From a virus (Duplodnaviria > Caudoviricetes), in IMG/VR virus record IMGVR_UViG_3300020044_009834, positions 1 to 62,234 of that record: DNA of 62,234 nt; one strand, 5' to 3'. Position 1 is the first letter of the stretch, and every line of letters starts with the position of its first letter. Position numbers and translations under genes: made by a program. Of the stretch, positions 46,739 to 54,084 are shown piece after piece. Under the pieces are notes generated by a model. It was not told the origin of the DNA. It ran no database searches and was given only the letters and a program-made list of their open reading frames with translations.

Positions 46739-46761
46739 TGTTTTTTTTATTTAAAGTTTAG

Positions 46762-46811
46762 TGTGAGCAAAGGAATCGAACCTTTTAAAGCTACCAAATA
46801 AGCAACCCACA
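46762..46811 (-). ncRNA. mini tRNA mimic (acceptor + D-like arm + T arm, no anticodon arm)
   Basis: TGTGGGT T GCTTATTTGGTAGC TTTA AAAGG TTCGATT CCTTT GCTCACA. Confidence 0.75.
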
Positions 46812-46814
46812 TTT

Positions 46815-46830
46815 GTGTCTACAAAGACAC
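46815..46830. promoter_or_regulatory. GTGTC-N6-GACAC palindrome
   Basis: GTGTC TACAAA GACAC, 2 nt after a stop codon. Confidence 0.8.
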
Positions 46831-46832
46831 TA

Positions 46833-47348
46833 TTAGAAATTTGTCACCACTCCTTGACACTTGAAACTTACGATGGTATCTAGACTCACCATGCGAAAGT
46901 TTAACTTGTCCATGGCATATACTGTGATGAGACCTCTATCACTTGGTATATACTTCTGACCTACACCTTTTACACCTTTGCTTACACCTACTCTTGCTGT
47001 CATCTTGCGCTCTGAACCATCCTTCTTAATGAATACCACGCTGAAGAACTTACCGTTAGTCTCTCTGATTTTACGAGTCACCTTAGCTTGCTTAGTCTCC
47101 AAATCTATGTACTTAATGTATGAGATTTGACCTTGGTCACCCATGTGAAATGAATAGTTCTCTACAAAAAATTGTGTCGAACCATTCGCAATTTCCTTGA
47201 ATAACTGCCTTGCTGTGTCGTTTGGATTACCCAAAAAACATCTGTCATAACGATATGGTAAGCCTTTACCATCTAACTGAACTTGTCCTTCTTTGAAGCG
47301 ACCTTCTGTAGTTACGCAAACTACTAATCTTAACTCTGTACTATTCAT
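46833..47348 (-). CDS. hypothetical protein with C-terminal SH3/WYL-like beta domain
   Basis: FFSVVFIKKDGSERKM...LITVY.M....FRMV. Confidence 0.6.
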   Translation of the reverse strand: MNSTELRLVVCVTTEGRFKEGQVQLDGKGLPYRYDRCFLGNPNDTARQLFKEIANGSTQFFVENYSFHMGDQGQISYIKYIDLETKQAKVTRKIRETNGKFFSVVFIKKDGSERKMTARVGVSKGVKGVGQKYIPSDRGLITVYAMDKLNFRMVSLDTIVSFKCQGVVTNF

Positions 47349-47367
47349 ATATTTATTAAATTATTAG

Positions 47368-47408
47368 TGCTGAGTAAAGGAATCGAACCTTCATTAACCA
47401 TTCTCAGC
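47368..47408 (-). ncRNA. minimal tRNA mimic (12-bp acceptor/T stack with D-loop remnant)
   Basis: GCTGAG AATGGTTAA TGAAGG TTCGATT CCTTTA CTCAGC A. Confidence 0.75.
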
Positions 47409-47410
47409 AT

Positions 47411-47441
47411 AGTATGTTAGCCTATCTCGGGCTAACATACT
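47411..47441. repeat. 12-bp inverted repeat over the amidoligase stop codon
   Basis: AGTATGTTAGCC TATCTCG GGCTAACATACT. Confidence 0.7.
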
Positions 47442-48327
47442 TCTTGATTTTTGCGCTTATCTTACCATGTAGAATAAAGGCTGTGAAATCTTTGGACATT
47501 GTCATTACATCCTCTACTTTCGCCATGTCACCATTGTACATACTTACAATGATTGGTTTTAATAGCTTAAGCAATTGTGCTAATGTACCATTGGGATTGT
47601 TTACACTAAAATCTACAATGATGTAAAACATCTCATACCTTCTCATCATTTGCTTTACTGACTCAAACTTACTAACGATGCGAAACTCTAAGCAAATGTC
47701 CTTAACTAAGGCTGCTTGGTATTTGTTATGCCATCCATTGTGATGTCTAGCTGTCTCGTATCTTCCCTCCATCCTTTGGTTATGTCCACAATATTGTGTG
47801 CCATTAGCAGATTTTTTGTTTAGTCTATGGCGATACAATGACCAAATAACTCCACAATTTTTTCTCATTATCTTTCTAATCTCTTCACCACTCATGCCAT
47901 CAATACCTATAGTCATATGACCTCCACAGCTACCATTACTTGGACTGAATCTCTCATCGATAATAGGCTGTGCTTTGAACATCATGTCAAATACTTTTGT
48001 GCGCCATGGTGATGGTGGTAATAAAGGTAAAATGTTGGTTACTGCTTCTACTCCACAGCTACCATCGTATTCAAAGCCACAGAAAATCTCGTACTCTTTT
48101 ACTGCATCACGATGAAACTCTACTTTTTCTACTTCCATGCCTACAGTAAACTTACTGCCATTGGCAATCGTGTTACGTTTGTCTTTCTTTGGAAGATTTG
48201 CAATGTCAATTTGATGGCATTTGCTGATGTCACGATGACTAGGCTTGTGGTGATAATTAGCTAGTCTTCCTCTGTTTTCTTCATTTGTCAGAGTGAATTG
48301 CACTCCTTGATTACTTGATGTATTCAT
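47422..48327 (-). CDS. putative amidoligase (COOH-NH2 ligase, glutamine-synthetase-like fold)
   Basis: FTVGMEVE, DGSCGVEAVT, SCGGHMTIG, KY, LEFR. Confidence 0.78.
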   Translation of the reverse strand: MNTSSNQGVQFTLTNEENRGRLANYHHKPSHRDISKCHQIDIANLPKKDKRNTIANGSKFTVGMEVEKVEFHRDAVKEYEIFCGFEYDGSCGVEAVTNILPLLPPSPWRTKVFDMMFKAQPIIDERFSPSNGSCGGHMTIGIDGMSGEEIRKIMRKNCGVIWSLYRHRLNKKSANGTQYCGHNQRMEGRYETARHHNGWHNKYQAALVKDICLEFRIVSKFESVKQMMRRYEMFYIIVDFSVNNPNGTLAQLLKLLKPIIVSMYNGDMAKVEDVMTMSKDFTAFILHGKISAKIKKYVSPR

Positions 48328-48350
48328 ATTTGATTTATTTTATTTGTTTG

Positions 48351-48392
48351 TTCTGAGGGGATGAATCGAACATCCCTACAACCATTCTCAGA
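48351..48392 (-). ncRNA. minimal tRNA mimic (12-bp acceptor/T stack with D-loop remnant)
   Basis: TCTGAG AATGGTTGTA GGGATG TTCGATT CATCCC CTCAGA A; covaries with the 47368 copy. Confidence 0.78.
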
Positions 48393-48394
48393 TT

Positions 48395-48410
48395 GTGTCT
48401 ATAAAGACAC
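48395..48410. promoter_or_regulatory. GTGTC-N6-GACAC palindrome
   Basis: GTGTC TATAAA GACAC, 2 nt after a stop codon. Confidence 0.8.
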
Positions 48411-48412
48411 TA

Positions 48413-49060
48413 CTACATATTTGATATCACAAATGATAAGACATTTAAAACATCTTGCAATTGTTCCTTAGTGTTAGTGGTTTTGTAGTCACCTTGGCTG
48501 TTCATTCTGAATGATACATTGCCATTGGGATTTTTGTAAGCTAACGTAAGCACTACTTGTCTGTCAGCTACTTCTACTTGGCTTTCTTCACCTTCACCTT
48601 CTCCTTCACCTTCTCCTTCTTCACCTTCGCCATTGGCTGTTCTGCTTTCAGCTAATTGCTTGCTGTATTTAAGCAGTCCTTCCAATGTTCTCTCGGGATT
48701 TTTGTTTTGGCTTTCCATTACATCACATAATGCTTGGAATGTCTCTACTACATGACCTTCTAACTTGCTTGCTTTAAGCATTTTGTAGTAGTAAGATTTT
48801 TGCCATCCGAAAACTTTTAGGCTGAACTGCTCTGTAGTCCATGTAATACCCTCCTCGGCACAGATTTGCTTACCTTCATCTGATGTAAACCACTCACTTG
48901 CCTTTAATACTAATTTGCTCAGTTCCAATGATGTATGAAACTTGTTTTTCTGTGCATTTGCTACCTTTTTTGTAGCTGTTCTGATTGCACTCATGTTTAA
49001 GCCTTGGCTTACTACTTCTAAGCCTAAGAAGGCTTGCTCGATTGCTAATAATTCACTCAT
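48413..49060 (-). CDS. first early protein, with acidic (GE)n linker
   Basis: Likely start MSELLAIEQ after an AAAC-rich leader; the track's upstream extension overlaps RNA elements. Confidence 0.7.
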   Translation of the reverse strand: MSELLAIEQAFLGLEVVSQGLNMSAIRTATKKVANAQKNKFHTSLELSKLVLKASEWFTSDEGKQICAEEGITWTTEQFSLKVFGWQKSYYYKMLKASKLEGHVVETFQALCDVMESQNKNPERTLEGLLKYSKQLAESRTANGEGEEGEGEGEGEGEESQVEVADRQVVLTLAYKNPNGNVSFRMNSQGDYKTTNTKEQLQDVLNVLSFVISNM

Positions 49061-49098
49061 AATTTTTGTTGTTTGTTTGTTTGTTTTTTTATTTGTTT

Positions 49099-49114
49099 GT
49101 GTCTTCATAGACAC
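49099..49114. promoter_or_regulatory. GTGTC-N6-GACAC palindrome
   Basis: TGTGTC TTCATA GACACA. Confidence 0.8.
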
Positions 49115-49118
49115 ATCG

Positions 49119-49172
49119 TGGAGAGCGGAGATGAAACGAATCTCCTCGCAAATCCTCATATGATTGCTCCCC
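49119..49172 (-). ncRNA. tRNA-like leader element
   Basis: GGGGAGC AATC ATATGAG GATT TGCGA GGAGA TTCGTTTCA TCTCC GCTCTCC A; the T-like loop is 9 nt. Confidence 0.55.
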
Positions 49173-49199
49173 TTTTGCATTCTGCCAATATTTCAAAGA

Positions 49200-49850
49200 A
49201 CGTCAAAATCAATGTGAATTTCGTAGGTCATCCCTACTCCGACAAGGCTTTCGAACGATTGTAGTATATATATAGTATAACTGTCTCTCAATCGCAGTAC
49301 AATTATCGTATAAATATATGAGACTGCAAAATGACTTATGTCATATTGTGTCTTGGATGCTCGAAAGCCTTATGGCTGTAGGGGAAAAATTTTTTTAAAA
49401 GTATGTTCTAAGTTATATGTTAGATTAGTCTAACATTGGTTACCTCGCCGTTGAAAGGCTGAAGGCGACAGTAAATACTGATGTCTCGAGCGATTCTGCG
49501 CTGTGAAACGATTTTTACTAGGGAAATGATATTATACTACAGCTATTCAATACATATACATGAGCATTCATGTATATGTATATTCATTCATGATTCATAT
49601 ACGACAGCAAAGCTATAGCTACAGCATGACAGCAAAGCTATAGCTACGACATAGAACTACAGCTAGACTACAGCCATGCTAACAGGTAACAAGGCAGTGC
49701 TAACGTGCTGACAGCCATGGAATTGCCAAAAATTTGTGTAGCGATTTTCCATTTTTGACCCCCCCCCCTCGAAAAAATAGTCATTTCCGGAGCGCAGTTC
49801 GTGGCGCAAAACCCCATAGTACCCAAACACTACACATATCTAATAAAAAA
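49200..49850. repeat. non-coding divergent region with inverted and tandem repeats; probable genome end/packaging region
   Basis: Imperfect IR CCCTAC..AAGGCTTTCGA / TCGAAAGCCTT..GTAGGG; 14-bp hairpin 49550-49581; GACAGCAAAGCTATAGCTAC x2 with CTACAGC echoes; C run at ~49758. Confidence 0.6.
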
Positions 49851-49853
49851 TAC

Positions 49854-49861
49854 TAACTTTG
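49854..49861 (+). promoter_or_regulatory. Bacteroidetes -7 box
   Basis: TAACTTTG. Confidence 0.55.
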
Positions 49862-49888
49862 CCGAGTACAAATAAAATAATAGCTATT

Positions 49889-50146
49889 ATGAAAGTAAAT
49901 TTAAGAAACAGTATCTACCAACAAAAGGGTTCAGGATACAATGGCTCGAATGGGTCAGGCTTAACAGTAAGCGATGGTATGTTAATTAACAACCGTGCTG
50001 ATGGAGAAACCGGTATTGCTCAAATGGCAAGAGTAAAAAAGGAAATGAAAAGAAGTGAAAAGATTGGAATGTATTCTCAGGTAGTAGTTATTGGGAATAT
50101 GAAATCTGAGATGATGGAATCTATGAACGACATGAGTTGTGATTAG
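49889..50146 (+). CDS. hypothetical protein
   Basis: ATG start MKVNLRN; own promoter and terminator. Confidence 0.7.
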   Translation: MKVNLRNSIYQQKGSGYNGSNGSGLTVSDGMLINNRADGETGIAQMARVKKEMKRSEKIGMYSQVVVIGNMKSEMMESMNDMSCD

Positions 50147-50168
50147 ATTTTGTTGTGTATTTAAAATT

Positions 50169-50196
50169 AGGGAATCTTCGGGTTCCCTTTTTTTTT
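50169..50196 (+). terminator. intrinsic terminator
   Basis: AGGGAATC TTCG GGTTCCCT followed by a T run. Confidence 0.9.
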
Positions 50197-50200
50197 GCTA

Positions 50201-50401
50201 TTATGTTAATTATCGACATTTAAACTCAAATTTATGTACAATTTTATGTCAACTTATTTTTTATAACTCTCTTATTATTAGTCTTTTATTTATTTAATGT
50301 CGAAAATGTCGATTTTAAATAGAAAATAGAATAATAAAAAAGAAGAAGAAGAAGAAATATATATAGAGATAGTAGAGAAAATAAATTAGCATTTCTGACA
50401 T
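50201..50401. other. putative replication origin, copy 2
   Basis: TTATGT(T/A/C) and AATGTCGA repeats, purine tract, TATATATAGAGA, CTGACAT; colinear with 37662-37820. Confidence 0.55.
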
Positions 50402-50475
50402 CACAATATGGATATACTATTGTTGTTCTATTTGTGTACATTTTATTTTTTTCTTGCTTTTTTGTATCAAATAAC

Positions 50476-50483
50476 TATCTTTG
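50476..50483 (+). promoter_or_regulatory. Bacteroidetes -7 box
   Basis: TATCTTTG before groEL. Confidence 0.6.
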
Positions 50484-50508
50484 TTGGACAATAATCTAAT
50501 TAAACTAA

Positions 50509-52167
50509 ATGATAAACGAAACAATGTACTCACCGAAGGAATTACAATTCGGTGAAAACGGTAGAAACAAATTAATCAGGGGTGTCATGAAGATGTCCGC
50601 TGCTGTAAAAAGCACATTAGGTCCAAGTGGCAACACAGTTCTAATTGAATCACCAAACCATACACATGGCATCACGGTGACTAAGGATGGTGTGACAGTT
50701 GCTAGGGCTGTAGACTTAATTGACCCTGTAGAAAACCTTGCGGTTAGGATGATGAAGGAAGCATCGGAACGCACAGCTACTTCGGCAGGTGATGGCACGA
50801 CAACAGCAATAGTCTTGACTGAGGCTTTGGTCTTGGGAGGTCAGAAGCATATCAAACCTGAGCATAATAGGACAGAGGTGCTGAGACAATTGCAGGACAT
50901 GAGTAATAAGGTCGTGGATAAGTTAAAGAGAAAGAGTAAAAAAGTTACAAGTACTATGCTGACAGATGTGGCGACTATATCTTGTAACAATGACAGAGAG
51001 ATTGGGAAGATAATAGCAGATGTGTATAGAGATGTTGGGAAGACCGGCATAGTAACAGTTGAGAAATCACAGACAGCAGATACATATTCTGAGACTACTA
51101 TGGGATTGAAGTTTGATAGAGGGTATTTGTCACCATTATTTATCAATGACCAAAAGAAAGATGAGTGTGTCTTCGAGGACACTTATGTATTGGTTGCGGA
51201 TATTGAGATTGCAAACATCTTACAAATAGAAAACGTGTTGAAACCTATAATTGCTGAAGGCAAAAAGTTGCTCATAATTTCACCATGTAATGGGAATGTG
51301 ATAAACACATTGGCAGCTAATGTTATGAAGGGTCATATCAAGGTGTGTGCAGTTCCACCTCCGGGATTCGGATACAAGCAGCATGAGTTGATGCAGGACA
51401 TTTCGGTTAGTGTTGGTGCAACATACTTCAGCGAGAAGACCGGTGATGATTTGAGCCATGTAACATTTGAAGACTTAGGACACGCAGCTAAGGTAATAGT
51501 TAGTAAAGACAAAACCATTATTGTCAAGTCTGACCTGATAGCAAACAAGGATGAGGTACAGGAAAGAGTTAAGCAGTTATGGGAGGCACACACTTTAGCA
51601 AAACGCAAGGGTGACAAGGACTTTATATTGGAGAGAATCGCTTCGTTGACAGGTGGTATTGGTGTAATCTTCGTTGGTGGCAACACGGACTTAGAGCAAA
51701 AGGAGTTGTATGACAGGATTGATGATGCGGTGTGTGCGGTACGCTCGGCAATGGAGGAAGGAATCCTTCCGGGAGCAGGCAAGGCATTGTACGAAATACA
51801 GTTGAATGAACTAGTAAACCATACAGTAGCATCATTAGAAGCAATAGCAGCAGCAAATATTCTGTTTGATGCAATGAAAGCACCATTGACACAGATATTA
51901 GATAACGCAGGTCTAAAGGTTTGGGATATCTACCATGGCGAAGAACAAGAAGGATACGGATACAATTTAAAGAACGGAGAGTTTGGTGACCTAATTAAGA
52001 TTGGTGTCATTGACCCATTGAAGGTAACAAGAAGCGCATTACAAAATGCGGTGAGTGTAGCCATTACTATCATGAGTACAAATGCAATTATTACGATGGC
52101 AAGAACATTCGAGCCATCAGAACCACAAACATTAGCTAACACATACGAGGAGTACAATGGAAAATAA
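50509..52167 (+). CDS. groEL: chaperonin GroEL
   Basis: TLGP, TKDGVTVA, GDGTTTA, FDRGYLSP, ERIASL.GG, IDPLKVTRSALQNA; no GGM tail. Confidence 0.97.
   Translation: MINETMYSPKELQFGENGRNKLIRGVMKMSAAVKSTLGPSGNTVLIESPNHTHGITVTKDGVTVARAVDLIDPVENLAVRMMKEASERTATSAGDGTTTAIVLTEALVLGGQKHIKPEHNRTEVLRQLQDMSNKVVDKLKRKSKKVTSTMLTDVATISCNNDREIGKIIADVYRDVGKTGIVTVEKSQTADTYSETTMGLKFDRGYLSPLFINDQKKDECVFEDTYVLVADIEIANILQIENVLKPIIAEGKKLLIISPCNGNVINTLAANVMKGHIKVCAVPPPGFGYKQHELMQDISVSVGATYFSEKTGDDLSHVTFEDLGHAAKVIVSKDKTIIVKSDLIANKDEVQERVKQLWEAHTLAKRKGDKDFILERIASLTGGIGVIFVGGNTDLEQKELYDRIDDAVCAVRSAMEEGILPGAGKALYEIQLNELVNHTVASLEAIAAANILFDAMKAPLTQILDNAGLKVWDIYHGEEQEGYGYNLKNGEFGDLIKIGVIDPLKVTRSALQNAVSVAITIMSTNAIITMARTFEPSEPQTLANTYEEYNGK
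51167..51182. promoter_or_regulatory. GTGTC-N6-GACAC palindrome (inside groEL)
   Basis: GTGTC TTCGAG GACAC. Confidence 0.65.
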
Positions 52168-52447
52168 TATAGAAAATTACTTTGATGAAGTTCCAACAAG
52201 ACCAATATTGGAACTAATACTTGAGCAATATCCTGATGTACCATTTATGATTGCTGATGGTTTTGATAGTTGTGTGATTGGGGTATGGGAAGAAAAATTA
52301 GTATATTCTTCTAATCATATTGTAATGCAATTAGCATATCTTGAAGAAGAATCTATGAGTGAAGATGATGCATGGGAGCATTTCCATTACAACATTGAAG
52401 GTTCATATGTAGGAGAACACACACCAATTTTTATAGAAACATTTTAA
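52157..52447 (+). CDS. hypothetical acidic protein
   Basis: ADGFD...IG, EDDAWEHF.YNI.GSYVGE.TPIF. Confidence 0.7.
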   Translation: MENNIENYFDEVPTRPILELILEQYPDVPFMIADGFDSCVIGVWEEKLVYSSNHIVMQLAYLEEESMSEDDAWEHFHYNIEGSYVGEHTPIFIETF

Positions 52448-52450
52448 ATT

Positions 52451-52795
52451 ATGAAACATAAAGTAGAATACATTGCAAAAACTTGTCATGAAGCCAACAG
52501 AGTTTGGTGTCAAGCAAATGAAGATTACAGCCAAACATATTGGGCAGATGCACCACAATGGCAAAGAGACAGCGCAATTAAGGGTGTAGAATTTAGAATT
52601 AGTAATCCAAATGGTGGACATGATGCTTCACATAATTCTTGGATGAAAGAAAAAGTAGAAACAGGTTGGGTATATGGGGAAGTAAAAGATGCTGAGAAAA
52701 AAACTCATCCGTGTATTGTTCCTTTTGAAGAACTTCCTGAATTTCAACAAAAGAAAGATGCACTATTTTGTGCTATTGTAGATGTTTTAAAATAA
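52451..52795 (+). CDS. RyR-domain protein
   Basis: HNSWMKEK...GWVYG..KD...KTHPCIVPFEELPE.Q..KD. Confidence 0.85.
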   Translation: MKHKVEYIAKTCHEANRVWCQANEDYSQTYWADAPQWQRDSAIKGVEFRISNPNGGHDASHNSWMKEKVETGWVYGEVKDAEKKTHPCIVPFEELPEFQQKKDALFCAIVDVLK

Positions 52796-52799
52796 AATT

Positions 52800-53057
52800 A
52801 TGAAACCAATAGGGAAATACATAGTCATCAAGTCAATTGATGAAGAAATCAAGACACAGTCGGGTCTGTTTTTATCAGGAGAGGATGCAAATCAGATGAG
52901 GTACAAGAAAGGTAAGGTCATTGAACCGGGAACAGAAGTTCGTGGTATAGACTCAGGAGAGTTTATCTATTATGATAAGACAAATTCTTTTACCATGCTA
53001 ATAAGAGATGAGCAGTTTACTATTATTCAGGAGCGAGATGTCGTTGTTGTTTTATAG
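52800..53057 (+). CDS. groES: co-chaperonin GroES
   Basis: MKPIGKYIVI, KTQSGLFL mobile loop, GKVI..G, ERDVVVVL. Confidence 0.92.
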   Translation: MKPIGKYIVIKSIDEEIKTQSGLFLSGEDANQMRYKKGKVIEPGTEVRGIDSGEFIYYDKTNSFTMLIRDEQFTIIQERDVVVVL

Positions 53058-53100
53058 TTTTGTTCATTTCTATAATAAAATTCCTGTAGACCTTATCGGT

Positions 53101-53466
53101 TTAAGACACGTTCTTTAGGAACATTGGATTATTACTAGGACCCTCAGGAATTTCTTCACCATTTAATTTTTTGTAGATTGAATCTACTACACGAAGGGCT
53201 TTGTATGATAATTCATATAGAGCCTTTCTATTTCCCATCCTTCTTCTGAAGACAACAATCCAACCATCTTTCAGTAGGGTACCAAATCGTTCAGCATCCC
53301 AACTGATAAGAGCATCAAACTCATCAAATTTTTCTTTGCTAAAGTATCCTTCTGAATAAAGGAACAAAATAACATCTAAGTCTGATTGGGTTAGACCGTA
53401 CTTTACTTTTATAAAATGGCGAATTACTCTCCAATATTTTAAATAGTCTTTTGGAATTGATTTCAT
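53101..53466 (-). CDS. winged-HTH-like protein, possibly truncated by a premature TAA
   Basis: YGLTQSDLDVILFL...LLKDGWI...LYELS; the frame stays open for 25 more codons, to TAA at 53023. Confidence 0.65.
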   Translation of the reverse strand: MKSIPKDYLKYWRVIRHFIKVKYGLTQSDLDVILFLYSEGYFSKEKFDEFDALISWDAERFGTLLKDGWIVVFRRRMGNRKALYELSYKALRVVDSIYKKLNGEEIPEGPSNNPMFLKNVS

Positions 53467-53481
53467 TTAATTAAATTTGAT

Positions 53482-53500
53482 TACATTTGCTGCAAAGTTA
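53482..53500. promoter_or_regulatory. face-to-face -7 boxes
   Basis: TACATTTG (+, 53482-89) and TAACTTTG (-, 53493-500). Confidence 0.6.
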
Positions 53501-53512
53501 AACAAAAAGATT

Positions 53513-53791
53513 ATGGCAACACAGGCAAAAAAAGTAGAAGCAAAAAAAGAAGAGGTAGAACCTAAGAAAACTTTGCAAGAAAACTTAAATGAGATTACTT
53601 TTAAAAATGCTCAGATTCATAAATTAAGAGCAGCCCAAGATGAAAACAAACGCTTGAAATTAAGAGAGCAGATGGGTAGAAAAAAATTAGGCAGGGGAGA
53701 AACCCCATTTACAGGTGTAAAAGGATTGCAAAGACTTCAAGGATTAGGTAATAGTTTAGGTAGACAATTTAAAAAACCTAACGAAGAATAG
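53513..53791 (+). CDS. hypothetical basic protein
   Basis: ATG start MATQAKK. Confidence 0.65.
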   Translation: MATQAKKVEAKKEEVEPKKTLQENLNEITFKNAQIHKLRAAQDENKRLKLREQMGRKKLGRGETPFTGVKGLQRLQGLGNSLGRQFKKPNEE

Positions 53792-53805
53792 TTATTAATA
53801 TTTTA

Positions 53806-53813
53806 TATCTTTG
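53806..53813 (+). promoter_or_regulatory. Bacteroidetes -7 box of the lysis cassette
   Basis: TATCTTTG. Confidence 0.55.
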
Positions 53814-53826
53814 TAAAAAAATATAA

Positions 53827-54084
53827 ATGGCAGTAGGATTACCAATTTCTTTTTCAGATTTTTTAAAAGACCCTTTTAAGGCGACAATGTTTTTAATTAT
53901 AATATCTGTAGGATATTTATATATTGACAATAAACTAATGTACCAAAGACAGATTGAAAAATCTGATGCTAAAATTGAGTTGATGGATTATAAAATAGAC
54001 CAACTCTCTATTGCATTAAAAAGGTCAGACTCTGCGTTAGCAGTTGCTGTCACGAAGTTAGACATCTTAACTCAAATGAAATGA
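53827..54084 (+). CDS. membrane protein (holin/antiholin-like)
   Basis: One TM plus a coiled coil, lysis region. Confidence 0.5.
   Translation: MAVGLPISFSDFLKDPFKATMFLIIISVGYLYIDNKLMYQRQIEKSDAKIELMDYKIDQLSIALKRSDSALAVAVTKLDILTQMK

Noticed and set aside
49061-49180. N-terminal extension of ORF 48413..49180, and ORF 43157..43354
   Set aside because: They run through AAAC leader, palindrome and RNA elements; better starts exist at 49060 and 43179.
49444-49512. Hairpins with CTGATGT...GAAAC as a ribozyme
   Set aside because: The core deviates (CUGAUGU) and flanking stems could not be built.
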